This document shows, piece by piece, positions 28,201 to 37,394 of a stretch of 41,908 nt of DNA (positions are counted from its first letter, which is position 1; the number at the start of each line of letters is the position of its first letter). A program made the position numbers and the translations under genes. The DNA is from Candidatus Omnitrophota bacterium (GTDB lineage Bacteria; Omnitrophota; Gorgyraeia; Tantalellales; Tantalellaceae), in NCBI GenBank assembly GCA_015233235.1, contig JADFYD010000001.1:1-41908 (forward strand), written 5' to 3'. Below the pieces are notes generated by a model. It was not told where the DNA came from, did no database searches, and saw only the letters and a program-made list of their open reading frames with translations.

Positions 28201-28254
28201 AATACTTTCCCCCAATTTTACACAGTGGAACTACTCGGCGTTTTTGAATAGCAT

Positions 28255-28283
28255 ATTATAAATATCTAAACTGATATTTTCAA
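28255..28283 (-). promoter_or_regulatory. Sigma70 promoter of the icd-guaA-purL-purQ run, with a palindrome in the spacer
   Basis: Minus strand TTGAAA-17-TATAAT; inverted repeat AAATATC-N6-GATATTT at 28260-28279. Confidence 0.6.
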
Positions 28284-28409
28284 CCTATATTTTCGTGTGC
28301 CGAGAACTTAGCATGCTCTTTTTTTACTCTTTTACTTGAAAAATTCACGCATTTAAACAATAATATAACGCGGTAAACAAAAAAACTTAAAGGAAGGACG
28401 CCAACTATT

Positions 28410-30074
28410 ATGAAAACACACAAAATTATCGCGTACATTTTGAGCGCAGCTTTCGTAATTACGAGCACTAGAGTTCCGGCTTACACAGACGACACTGCGG
28501 ACATCAAGGGAGTCTACAAACAACTTACGGACTCGGAAGTCTCAAAGTCGGTCGACAAGATCGACAAAGACATGCAAAATCTCCGAAACGAGAAAAAGTT
28601 TATTACCCTGGTGGCAGAAGAGAAAAAATATGAACAGTCTGGCAACACCGTAGTCGCAGAATACATTCAGAAAAAGATCGATCACCTGATGAATGATAGG
28701 TCATTCGAACGATATTTGTGTAACAAAAACTCTCAGGAGATCGCCGCCAGTGCTGAAAAAAAAGCCAAACTCGAGGCCGAAAAGAAAGCGCGTCTTGAAT
28801 CAGAAACAAAAGCGAGACTCGAATCCGAAAAGAAGGAAAAACTTGCCGCCGAAAAGAAGGCAAAATTAGATGCTGAAAAAAAGGCAAAATTTGAAGCCGA
28901 AAAACAGGCCAAACTCCAGGCCGCAAATAAAGCTAAAATGCTCGCCGACCAAAAAGCCAAGCTGCGGGCCGAGGAGACTGCTAAAGAAGAAGCGATGAAG
29001 GCCGCTAAGCTGGAAGCCAAAAGAAAAGCGGCTCTTGAAGCTGAAGCTAACGCCAAAAAACTTTCCGAACAAAAAGAGGCGCTCCGTGCCGAAAAAGCCG
29101 CTAAACAGGAAGCCGAGAAAAAAGCCAAACTTGAAGCGGACGCAAAACTAAAAAAAGAACGCGAACTCGCAAGACAGGAACGTCTTCGCCGGGAAGAAGA
29201 GAAGAGAGCGGAAATGAGCGCTAAAGAAGACGCGCGCAAACAAGCCATTAAGGAAAAGACAAAAAGGGATAAAGCCGAAAAAGCCGCTAAAAAAGCCGCG
29301 GAAAAACAAAGCGCTGCCGATGAAATTAAACAGCTTCGCGAAAGCGCCCTCAAGGCCAAGGAAGAAACCCAGCGAAAAGCTATCGAGAAATCAAAAAATA
29401 CTGAACTCATGCAAAAACATACCGATGAATTGAAACTCGAAAAAGAAGCCAAAAAGAAAGAACTTGAAGAAAAACGGAAGAAAGAGGAATCCATAAAGGC
29501 TGCAAAACTCGAAGCCAAAGCAAAAGCAAAAAAAGAAAAAGAACTTGCCGCGCAAAAAGCAAAAGAAGAATACGAGGCTAAACAGGCCGCTCTTAAAGCC
29601 CAAAAAGAGCTCGAAAAACAGCGGCGCGAAGAACTGGAGAAAAAACGCGAAGATGAGCTACGAGAGAAAGAAGAAGCGAGAAAAAAGGAACTTGAGGAAA
29701 AACGTCAAAAGCAAGTGGCAGAAAAAGCGGCGAAACTTGAAGCCGAAAAGAAACTCAAAAAAGAACGCGAACTCGCGGAACAACAGCTACGAGACTCGCA
29801 GGAGTTAAAGCGCCGTGAGACAGAGGCAAAACGCGCGGCTAAACAGGAAGCCCAGAATTCGCTTGCTGATAAAGAACGATCAGAACGCGAAAGACAGGAT
29901 GAAGAATCCCTTAAAGTAAAGAAGCAGGAATCTCTTCTGGCGGAAGTCAAAGCACACTATGACAAGGCCGAAAAGTTATATGCCGCGGGAAAATATGACC
30001 AGGCAAAAACTGAATGGCAGAAAGTACTGGACCTTTCCAACGATCCGCTCCTGAAAAAATCCGGACAGAACTGA
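28410..30074 (+). CDS. Exported Ala/Glu/Lys-rich long helical protein with a C-terminal TPR-like motif
   Basis: Signal peptide, 8-aa repeats (AEKKAKLE), about 400 Pro-free charged residues, and C-terminal HYDKAEKLYAAGKYDQAKTEWQKVL. Confidence 0.85.
   Translation: MKTHKIIAYILSAAFVITSTRVPAYTDDTADIKGVYKQLTDSEVSKSVDKIDKDMQNLRNEKKFITLVAEEKKYEQSGNTVVAEYIQKKIDHLMNDRSFERYLCNKNSQEIAASAEKKAKLEAEKKARLESETKARLESEKKEKLAAEKKAKLDAEKKAKFEAEKQAKLQAANKAKMLADQKAKLRAEETAKEEAMKAAKLEAKRKAALEAEANAKKLSEQKEALRAEKAAKQEAEKKAKLEADAKLKKERELARQERLRREEEKRAEMSAKEDARKQAIKEKTKRDKAEKAAKKAAEKQSAADEIKQLRESALKAKEETQRKAIEKSKNTELMQKHTDELKLEKEAKKKELEEKRKKEESIKAAKLEAKAKAKKEKELAAQKAKEEYEAKQAALKAQKELEKQRREELEKKREDELREKEEARKKELEEKRQKQVAEKAAKLEAEKKLKKERELAEQQLRDSQELKRRETEAKRAAKQEAQNSLADKERSERERQDEESLKVKKQESLLAEVKAHYDKAEKLYAAGKYDQAKTEWQKVLDLSNDPLLKKSGQN
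28752..29160 (+). repeat. Degenerate 24-bp (8-aa) coding tandem repeat, about 17 units
   Basis: AEKKAKLE AEKKARLE SETKARLE SEKKEKLA AEKKAKLD AEKKAKFE AEKQAKLQ... Confidence 0.8.
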
Positions 30075-30087
30075 CAAAGTGGCCCGC

Positions 30088-31785
30088 TCAGGGTTTATTT
30101 TGGATGGTGCAGACAATATTGCGGCCCTTTTCTTTTGCGACATAGAGCGCTTCATCCGCGCGCTTAATGACCGAGTCTAAAGTGTCACCCTTAATGTATG
30201 AGGACACACCAACGCTGGATGTGACAGGATAGCGTTGTTTTTCATCCCTGATCTCTTTGTTTTGGATATTAAGCCGTATCTTCTCGCCTATCTCCAGAGC
30301 GTATTCAAGCGTCGTGCTTCTTAGTATAACCAGCATCTCTTCACCGCCGTAACGCGCGACGATATCCGAACCCCTAACGGATGTTTTTAGAACCGAGGCA
30401 GTCTCCTTAAGCACCAGATCGCCAATCTGATGGCCGTAGGTATCGTTCACTCTTTTGAAATGGTCCAAGTCACACATAATGATCGAAAAAACTTTTGTCA
30501 TCCCGTGAAGAACGGCCTGGATCTCATTTTCAAGCATCATCTTAGCGTAGCGTATATTGTATAGACCGGTAAGACCGTCAGTGATCGATATTTTCAATAA
30601 CTGTTTTTTCTCAATATTTGAGCATACAAAGTTGTACGTCCCTAGCGCGACCGAATTGAGCAGCGTTGAAAATAAGACCGTAAACACAGGCAATTTGTAT
30701 CCACACACGAACACTAAATAACTCGCGACTAGATAACCGCACACCAGGATTGCCACAAAAATATTTTCAATGACCGGATTTTTACCCTGCAGTATAAAAA
30801 CAAGAAGAAAAGAGATGACAACCATTATCAGTGCCCCCATCCAGAACGGCAGGACACGCATAAAACTCTTGGAAAGTATAGTATCTAAAGCGTTCGCAAT
30901 AATACCTATCCCGGGGTACTCAGACTCAACCGGTACCGGTTTTATGTCGTACAGACCATACGCGGATATCCCGATAAGGCATATTGAATTCTTAAAAACC
31001 TTAAGGTCCATATCGGGTGCCTCTCCGTCGGCCGATTTTTGGAACGCAGCTAAAACATCCAAAAAATCATAATGCCTGAACGATTTCGTCCATGTGCCGC
31101 GCCAATTGATCAACAGATTCGTATGATCAATAAGAGGCACCACGATCGCGTTTCGCCCGGGAGCTCCGGATAAAATGAGTTTTTCATTCTTTATTTCCGC
31201 TGTATCGATCTTTTGCCCCAGATAGTCCGATGCCATGCGTAACACAACATGCGGCGACGCTTCCCCCTTACCAGATAAAAATACCATCGGCATGCGTCTT
31301 ATAGAACCGTCCATGTCAGGGTAAATGTTCATGCTTCCCATATTCTTTACAGAGGAAGAAAACCTTTCTATTGGATAAAGAGCGCTATCGTTATCATAGT
31401 TCTTTCCCGAAAATATATATGGAAGGTAAACTTTACCGCTCGCCTTTATCGCCTCTGCGAATAGGGCGTCGTCGACGTCATCTGCCTTTTCCGAAAATAT
31501 CACATCGAAATATATGACTTTTGCGCCCAGATCGGTCAGAACCTTGGTCATAGCGGCATGCCACATGCGTTTCCAAGGCCACCTGCCGATTTTGTCTATA
31601 TCTGCATTGGTTATTTCTATGATGTTTATCGGTTGAGTTGATAGGGAGTTTCCTTTAATGCGGAAAAAAACGTCACTAAAAGCGTTTTCAATGTTCGAGG
31701 CAAACTGGAATCCGCATGCTGCGATAATGCACGCGGTGATAACCCCAACAATACTGATCCTGGATATAACCGTCTTTGAAAACAC
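30088..31785 (-). CDS. CHASE2-domain diguanylate cyclase
   Basis: CHASE2 (GRWPWKR, FDVIFSE, DMDGSIRR), 3 TM helices, then GGDEF (DGLTGLYN, DLDHFKRVNDTYGHQIGD, RGSD I-site, RYGGEE). Confidence 0.93.
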   Translation of the reverse strand: MFSKTVISRISIVGVITACIIAACGFQFASNIENAFSDVFFRIKGNSLSTQPINIIEITNADIDKIGRWPWKRMWHAAMTKVLTDLGAKVIYFDVIFSEKADDVDDALFAEAIKASGKVYLPYIFSGKNYDNDSALYPIERFSSSVKNMGSMNIYPDMDGSIRRMPMVFLSGKGEASPHVVLRMASDYLGQKIDTAEIKNEKLILSGAPGRNAIVVPLIDHTNLLINWRGTWTKSFRHYDFLDVLAAFQKSADGEAPDMDLKVFKNSICLIGISAYGLYDIKPVPVESEYPGIGIIANALDTILSKSFMRVLPFWMGALIMVVISFLLVFILQGKNPVIENIFVAILVCGYLVASYLVFVCGYKLPVFTVLFSTLLNSVALGTYNFVCSNIEKKQLLKISITDGLTGLYNIRYAKMMLENEIQAVLHGMTKVFSIIMCDLDHFKRVNDTYGHQIGDLVLKETASVLKTSVRGSDIVARYGGEEMLVILRSTTLEYALEIGEKIRLNIQNKEIRDEKQRYPVTSSVGVSSYIKGDTLDSVIKRADEALYVAKEKGRNIVCTIQNKP

Positions 31786-31834
31786 TTCTTCCCGGCCTTC
31801 TTGTTGTTAAAATAAAAAATAAGCGGGTTTGTGC

Positions 31835-32296
31835 TTACGACTCTACCGTTACAGAGAAAGTAGTTCCACGCACTCCCACAATGGATGTCGGAGTTTTAAC
31901 TTCAAATTTCGATTTTTCCGATTGAAGTTTTTTGGCTTTTATAAGCACTTCTCCCACGGAAAGGTCTAAAAGTGTCTTATGCGACTCTGGATCAGCGGCA
32001 TCTTTCCCCTTAAATAGTTCCGAGAGCGTCAAATTGCTGTTTGGCTTAAGTTCCACATCAGCCCCTTCTTCACCGCCTTCTAAACGTATCACGGCTTTTG
32101 AATCCGGACCGGTCTTGATTATCGCTCCCTCTCCAAGCAACATACCAGCCGTAGCTTTCGCCCACTGGACGCCGGTAGTGCTTACATCGACGGAGCCTTC
32201 CACGGAAACTACCGAAGCGTTCTCACAAAATCCCTGCTGCAAATGGACGGCATACATCGCTGCGATAATACCAACTATAAGAAATACTTTCTTCAT
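31835..32296 (-). CDS. Exported FecR-domain protein
   Basis: Signal peptide, IKTGPDSKA and FEVKTPTSIVGVRGT. Confidence 0.88.
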   Translation of the reverse strand: MKKVFLIVGIIAAMYAVHLQQGFCENASVVSVEGSVDVSTTGVQWAKATAGMLLGEGAIIKTGPDSKAVIRLEGGEEGADVELKPNSNLTLSELFKGKDAADPESHKTLLDLSVGEVLIKAKKLQSEKSKFEVKTPTSIVGVRGTTFSVTVES

Positions 32297-32421
32297 GCCT
32301 TTCCTCCTGTTTTCGATTAAGTACTTACCTCTTGCGCGACGTTCCTCAAGAACACTTCTTCAAGTTCGACATCTAAATGATACACAAGGTTGAATGAAAA
32401 TGCAATATGTGAAAGACTCAA

Positions 32422-32468
32422 AAAACAAAAAGAGGGACATCAAAGAACGATATCCCTCTTTTTGTTTT
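32422..32468 (-). terminator. Rho-independent terminator
   Basis: AAAACAAAAAGAGGGA ... TCCCTCTTTTTGTTTT inverted repeat just after the stop at 32482. Confidence 0.75.
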
Positions 32469-32481
32469 AATTCAGAACTTA

Positions 32482-32853
32482 TTAAGAAACCTGTTCCTGG
32501 GTCTTCTTGCCGGCTTCAACCGGTACCATTACGGTCTGTTCCGTAGCCACTTTTACTGTTTCAGCGCTTTTCACAACAGGTGTAGTTACAATTTCAGGAG
32601 CTTTGTCTACTTGCCCTGTCAGTGTTTCGCCGGTAACTTTTACCGTATCAACGACTACGCCTACAGTATTTTTCGCGGCAGTGCCTACAGTATTCGCCGA
32701 CTCATTAACAACATTGGCGGGATAGTTCACTACTGTCTTACCCGCTTTTTTCGCCATTTCCTTCGCACTTTTTTGTTCCGCCGCGAACGAGGAACCCGCG
32801 ACAAGAGTCACAGCAAAAAAGCAAACTGTTACCGCTGCAATTACTTTCTTCAT
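32482..32853 (-). CDS. Small exported Val/Thr/Ala-rich protein
   Basis: AGGAGGA RBS, signal peptide ending SFA, own terminator. Confidence 0.75.
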   Translation of the reverse strand: MKKVIAAVTVCFFAVTLVAGSSFAAEQKSAKEMAKKAGKTVVNYPANVVNESANTVGTAAKNTVGVVVDTVKVTGETLTGQVDKAPEIVTTPVVKSAETVKVATEQTVMVPVEAGKKTQEQVS

Positions 32854-32877
32854 GTTTCTTACTCCTCCTTTTTTATG

Positions 32878-33327
32878 TTACGATATTTTTTTAGACACTA
32901 ACCCACTTATCACTTTGCCATCCGCCTTACCGGATACTTTTCTCATGACTTCTTTCATCACTCTACCCATATCTTTTTGGGATACCGCGCCAAGTTCTTT
33001 GATCGTATCATCCACTATTTTAGACAGTTCTTCTTCCGATAGAGGCTTCGGGAGATACACCGAAAGAACTTCAATGTGAGTTTTTTCTCGCGCCGAAAGA
33101 TCGGGGCGGTTGCCCGCATTGAATTGATCGATCGAATCCTTACCCTGCTTAACGAGCTTATTTACAAGAGATATCACGCCTGGGTCGTCGATCTCCTTGG
33201 AAAGATTTTCGATCTTTTTATTTTTGATCTCTGCTAAAAGCAGTCTTATCGCGGTAAGGGTCTCCGCCTCGCCTTTCTTCATAGCAGCTACCATGTCTTT
33301 TTTTATCTGTTCTTCCAGCATTCCCAT
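32878..33327 (-). CDS. yqeY: GatB/YqeY domain protein
   Basis: DMVAAMK, IRLLLAEIKN, YLPKPLSEEE, KDMGRVM and GKADG. Confidence 0.92.
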   Translation of the reverse strand: MGMLEEQIKKDMVAAMKKGEAETLTAIRLLLAEIKNKKIENLSKEIDDPGVISLVNKLVKQGKDSIDQFNAGNRPDLSAREKTHIEVLSVYLPKPLSEEELSKIVDDTIKELGAVSQKDMGRVMKEVMRKVSGKADGKVISGLVSKKIS

Positions 33328-33333
33328 GATTTA

Positions 33334-33831
33334 TCAGAGCTTCTTATTTTGTGAAGATCTTTTTTTATTCACGGCAAAAACCCTCTGGAAAGGGTTTAAG
33401 TAGTCCAAAAGCAACTTCCCTTCAAGATGATCTATCTCGTGCTGAATACATTTTGCCAAAAGGCCCTCACATTTTTTTATGATTAAATTCCCACACACAT
33501 CACGACCTTCCACTTCTACTATGGTGGGGCGTGCGATCTTTATCGCAAGCCCGGGTAAGCTCAAACAGCCTTCATCCATTGTATCACTTTTTTCAGATCT
33601 TGATACAATACTCGGGTTGACCATCACTTCCAGACCTTTGCCAACATCAACCGTGATAATCCTGGCGCTGAGCCCGACCTGCGGAGCGGCCAAACCGATG
33701 CCGTTATTGATATACATCAGTTCGGACATGGCTTCGACTATACTCAAAAGCCTTTTATCAAAGATCTCTACTTCCTTAGCTTTTTTACCCAAACATGGAT
33801 CAGGATAAATTCGAAGCTTGAGCTGTTCCAC
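33334..33831 (-). CDS. def: Peptide deformylase
   Basis: GIGLAAPQVG, EGCLS and QHEIDHL. Confidence 0.97.
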   Translation of the reverse strand: MEQLKLRIYPDPCLGKKAKEVEIFDKRLLSIVEAMSELMYINNGIGLAAPQVGLSARIITVDVGKGLEVMVNPSIVSRSEKSDTMDEGCLSLPGLAIKIARPTIVEVEGRDVCGNLIIKKCEGLLAKCIQHEIDHLEGKLLLDYLNPFQRVFAVNKKRSSQNKKL

Positions 33832-34187
33832 TATTTACCCTTAGTTATCTTATTCCCTTTAGAAAGTTCCACAACACGCGGCTTCATATTTTTGCATTCA
33901 TCAGTTTCAAGATGACAATATGTGAGTACAACTACGGTGTCTCCAACCTCGCCGCGTCTGGCCGCCGGGCCGTATAAGACCACCTTTCCAGAACCGGCTT
34001 TTTCCTTAATTGCATAGGTTATAAGGCGTTCGCCGCTGTGCTGATTTAAAACATGCACCTGTTCTCCGGGAAAAATATCCGCCGCTTTCAGTATTTTTTC
34101 GTCGATACCAATGCTGCCGTTGTAGTGCAGCGACTTACCGGTCAAAACAGCTTCTTTTATTTTGGATTTGCACAGAATTCTCAACAT
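33831..34187 (-). CDS. panD: Aspartate 1-decarboxylase
   Basis: KSKI, LHYNG|SIGID self-cleavage site, TYAI and GPAAR. Confidence 0.92.
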   Translation of the reverse strand: MLRILCKSKIKEAVLTGKSLHYNGSIGIDEKILKAADIFPGEQVHVLNQHSGERLITYAIKEKAGSGKVVLYGPAARRGEVGDTVVVLTYCHLETDECKNMKPRVVELSKGNKITKGK

Positions 34188-34210
34188 AGAAAGTCGTCCT
34201 CGTCAGATGA

Positions 34211-34567
34211 CTAGTTTTTTTGCTTACCAAGAGGTTTGTTACTGATATTCGTCAGCGAATCGCCGTCAAAATAGAGATACATATCCTCCGAAAAATAATC
34301 CGCACCGACAGGTAAAGCTGTTGTCATAGCTTTATAGTACCATTCTTCCCTTTCTCCGTCCCATGCGCCGGCTGCAATAACTACACTTTTAAAATTTGGC
34401 TCCCCAAAGACATGCACAACCTCGGATTTGGACATGCCCACCTTAGCGGCGCTTGTGCCTATCGGGTTTTTAAGTATTTGTTTTGGCCCCGGGATAGTCA
34501 TATCCGCGCAGCCGGAAAAAAACGCAAGAACAGTAACAAGCCCGACAAAGCAAATAAGATTTTTCAA
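34211..34567 (-). CDS. Lipoprotein, SmpA/BamE-like
   Basis: Lipobox FSGC; KVGMSKSEVVHVFGEP...EEWYY. Confidence 0.75.
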   Translation of the reverse strand: MKNLICFVGLVTVLAFFSGCADMTIPGPKQILKNPIGTSAAKVGMSKSEVVHVFGEPNFKSVVIAAGAWDGEREEWYYKAMTTALPVGADYFSEDMYLYFDGDSLTNISNKPLGKQKN

Positions 34568-34592
34568 TTTTCCTCCATTTTGTCGTTAAAAA

Positions 34593-34958
34593 TCACGCGG
34601 AGTGGTAATCCGAACTATATAAAATGTCGCACAAGTATCTCAACAAAAAATTCTTATGGGCATCCTCGATATAGATAATCTCCGCGCCTACGTCGTACGG
34701 GGAATTGTCTTCTAGTGTCACCTTTTTTACCCATATGATCTTGCCTTTTAGGCTGATAGTTTTGTCATAGGTGGGAAGGTCCATTTTGATGGATATCTGC
34801 TCTATCGGATCGATCTTAAAAGGCACCTCAAATTTCAAACCAACCGGCGATATGTTCTTCGTAATGGTCTCATGGTGCCACGTTTTCCCGGAAACCTTCA
34901 CCCTGACCGGCACCTCAATTCTTATGTACCGTCTTCGTTCTGATAGGTTGATCGTCAC
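34593..34958 (-). CDS. PilZ-domain protein
   Basis: ERRRYIR, NISPVG and GKIIWV; GTG start downstream of the promoter at 34984-35012. Confidence 0.85.
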   Translation of the reverse strand: MTINLSERRRYIRIEVPVRVKVSGKTWHHETITKNISPVGLKFEVPFKIDPIEQISIKMDLPTYDKTISLKGKIIWVKKVTLEDNSPYDVGAEIIYIEDAHKNFLLRYLCDILYSSDYHSA

Positions 34959-34983
34959 GTATATCCCCTGGTTATTTCCCGGA

Positions 34984-35012
34984 AGTATAGCATATATGCA
35001 ACTTAACGTCAA
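34984..35012 (-). promoter_or_regulatory. Near-consensus sigma70 promoter
   Basis: Minus strand TTGACG-17-TATACT with an extended -10 TG. Confidence 0.7.
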
Positions 35013-35078
35013 TATTATCTTGGATCATTCGCGCGCCGAATTTTTACATGTTAAGTCTAACTATTTGCTCGCATACCA

Positions 35079-36821
35079 TCACGTACCTAGTTTTTCAACC
35101 CAATTGTCCACAAGCTTGATCAGATCCTCATCGATCACGAACCCCGGTTTATCCGGATCGGCAGAATCGCGGCCCAGGAATTTTCCCAGGGATCGGTATT
35201 CGAACACTTTGAACTTATTATTTCCTTTCCCTAACAGTTTGAGTTTATCAGCAACCTCGATCCTGAAATCTTCGTCATCTTTTCCAAACAGAAGAAGTAA
35301 CGCCCCTTTCGAATTGATCAGCGTCTCGTAAGGACGTCTGTTCATAAAATCCTTGAGCGGTTGCGTGAAAATCTTTTTATTGGCGAAAAAAAAGAAACTG
35401 TCCGAGCTTCCCAGAATATTTTGGAATTGGTTCTCCACGTTAGTGCAGAGATACATCATATATTTCGCATCAAATTGTTTAAATCCAAAACTCGACAGAT
35501 ATTTGGCCAGATCACCTTGTTTAAAACCGCCCTTCAGAAGATCTATCTGTGATATAAAAGGCAGTCCCAGAACGACGGTCGGAACACCTCCCTCTATATT
35601 CGTAGATGCAGAAAGCGCCAGATAACCGCCGCTGCGGAGACCCAAAAAAACAATTTTATCCTTATTAAAAAGCGGCAAACGGCGCATAAAATTGTAGGCG
35701 GCTTTTATATGATTGCTTTTTTCAATATCACCCAGCGCGTTATAACTGCCTTGGCTCTTGCCTTGTCCGGGCATATCAAAATCAAACACCGCGATCCCTT
35801 TTCTGTTCATGCTTGATATGAAATTTTTGTAGAAGAATTCTTCGCTCTGTGGTCGGGGAATGCTATCGGAAACTATAATCATAACCGGAAATCTGCTGCC
35901 GGATACCGGCAAAAAAAGCCTGCCGGAAAGTATAATGTTCCCCTCTCCCTCGAAAAAAACCGTTTTTTCCCTGCCTATCGGATACAACTTGTCGATCTGC
36001 ACAGGACCAGGTATTTTTTCAGTAAAAAGCAGGTCGGGTTCGAAGTTTTCATAGAATATCAGGAGCATTTTAAAGAGCTTCTCAAACCTTCTGTGAAAAC
36101 TCACGATCGAATACCGTGCGTTAATGCCAGGGGCATCCACGTGCAGAATGATATGTGTGTACTTGCTTACGTTAACTGATATGTCTTTGAACGCGGGGCA
36201 GGAAACAATATATTTTTCGGTTTCAACCCTTTTTCCGTTTACCGGTATAAATTCATCCCCGAAATATTTTACAGACATTTTGTCTCTAAAGATCGGGAGC
36301 ACCCCATTTACGGGCATCATGACCTCGAAAAACTGTGTTCCTCTTCTCCAGTAGCTGTATTTGTCAAAGAGTGCCATGTAGGTGGCCACCTTATCCGGGC
36401 TAAAAACAAAAGTCTTAACACCGGTTGAAAATTTGTTCAACATAGAAAAAAGCGGATGACTATAGAACAGAATATCGGCTGTCTCTCCCTCCTGTTTTAG
36501 AATGTAGTAGCCTTCTTCATTTCTGGTACCAAAAAATTTAGCGACATATTTTACCGGCATTCTTTGATGCCTGTTTAAAAATAGCTCTTCCTCCCGAACG
36601 GGAAAATCCAATGAATCGGGATAGTTCTCGATCGTTTTATAAATTATGTTATTTTCGGTCGTATACTTTTCTATTTGCACCTTGGCGGACAATCTTTCAC
36701 CAGAGTATTCACCATACTCGTAAACTTCGCTCCCGATGAACGCCACATACAGAAAAGCGATAACAAAAAGCGCAAACATAAAAAACAAAGACGCAAAGAA
36801 AATTATTATAAGTTTTTTCAT
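35079..36821 (-). CDS. Membrane-anchored two-domain protein: beta-rich N-terminal domain plus degenerate alpha/beta-hydrolase fold
   Basis: C-terminal half has LSGRLFLP, FPVMIIV and GIAVFDFDMPGQGKSQG; the nucleophile elbow reads LGLRSGG. Confidence 0.7.
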   Translation of the reverse strand: MKKLIIIFFASLFFMFALFVIAFLYVAFIGSEVYEYGEYSGERLSAKVQIEKYTTENNIIYKTIENYPDSLDFPVREEELFLNRHQRMPVKYVAKFFGTRNEEGYYILKQEGETADILFYSHPLFSMLNKFSTGVKTFVFSPDKVATYMALFDKYSYWRRGTQFFEVMMPVNGVLPIFRDKMSVKYFGDEFIPVNGKRVETEKYIVSCPAFKDISVNVSKYTHIILHVDAPGINARYSIVSFHRRFEKLFKMLLIFYENFEPDLLFTEKIPGPVQIDKLYPIGREKTVFFEGEGNIILSGRLFLPVSGSRFPVMIIVSDSIPRPQSEEFFYKNFISSMNRKGIAVFDFDMPGQGKSQGSYNALGDIEKSNHIKAAYNFMRRLPLFNKDKIVFLGLRSGGYLALSASTNIEGGVPTVVLGLPFISQIDLLKGGFKQGDLAKYLSSFGFKQFDAKYMMYLCTNVENQFQNILGSSDSFFFFANKKIFTQPLKDFMNRRPYETLINSKGALLLLFGKDDEDFRIEVADKLKLLGKGNNKFKVFEYRSLGKFLGRDSADPDKPGFVIDEDLIKLVDNWVEKLGT

Positions 36822-37393
36822 AGCACGTTCATTCCGGTAATTTTAATTTCTGGCCTATAATCTTTTTCGCCTTTTTTCGCGAATCCCTTAACTCCTGAAA
36901 TTTTTGCGAGAATATTTCTTGGTAATTTCGCCAGCACATGCCTTATCTCCAGGGAATCACCCAGGTCAACCCTTTTAGATTCCCTTCTCGTACCGGCATA
37001 AAAAGGAGACTCCGGCACCATGGAGCTGTCCAGGGGATAGAAAACATCCTTAAATACGACCACACCGTCTTTGGTGGCACATACGAACTCAAGCCCAAGA
37101 GAGGTCAGCACCTTTCGTGTATTGTTCTTTATTTTTAGCTCCAGGACCGGTGGGTATTTCCTGTCTAGCGTGCCTTGTTCCGCGTCTATTGAGATACTGG
37201 AAATTTCGAGTTTGTCCCTATATATCTCCGCCAGCATTCTGTAGAGTGAATTTTCATACTTTGAGGTGAAAATATCGGATTTTATCTGCACATAAAAATC
37301 GTAACCCGCCAAAGTCAACAAAATCACGATCGAGATCAACGCAGAAGAAATGAGCACGGTACTCATATTTTTCAGTTTTAATCTTAAACGCAT
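36818..37393 (-). CDS. Single-TM hypothetical protein
   Basis: 191-aa ORF with an N-terminal TM helix, tightly packed with its neighbours. Confidence 0.7.
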   Translation of the reverse strand: MRLRLKLKNMSTVLISSALISIVILLTLAGYDFYVQIKSDIFTSKYENSLYRMLAEIYRDKLEISSISIDAEQGTLDRKYPPVLELKIKNNTRKVLTSLGLEFVCATKDGVVVFKDVFYPLDSSMVPESPFYAGTRRESKRVDLGDSLEIRHVLAKLPRNILAKISGVKGFAKKGEKDYRPEIKITGMNVL

Positions 37394-37394
37394 G

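Noticed and set aside
28752-29160. Regular 24-bp periodicity as a possible CRISPR or non-coding array
   Set aside because: The repeats are in-frame, degenerate at synonymous positions and have no unique spacers; no cas genes are present.
28733-29950. Long Ser/Phe/Leu/Ala-rich minus-strand ORFs
   Set aside because: They are antisense shadows of the low-complexity AEK-rich gene.
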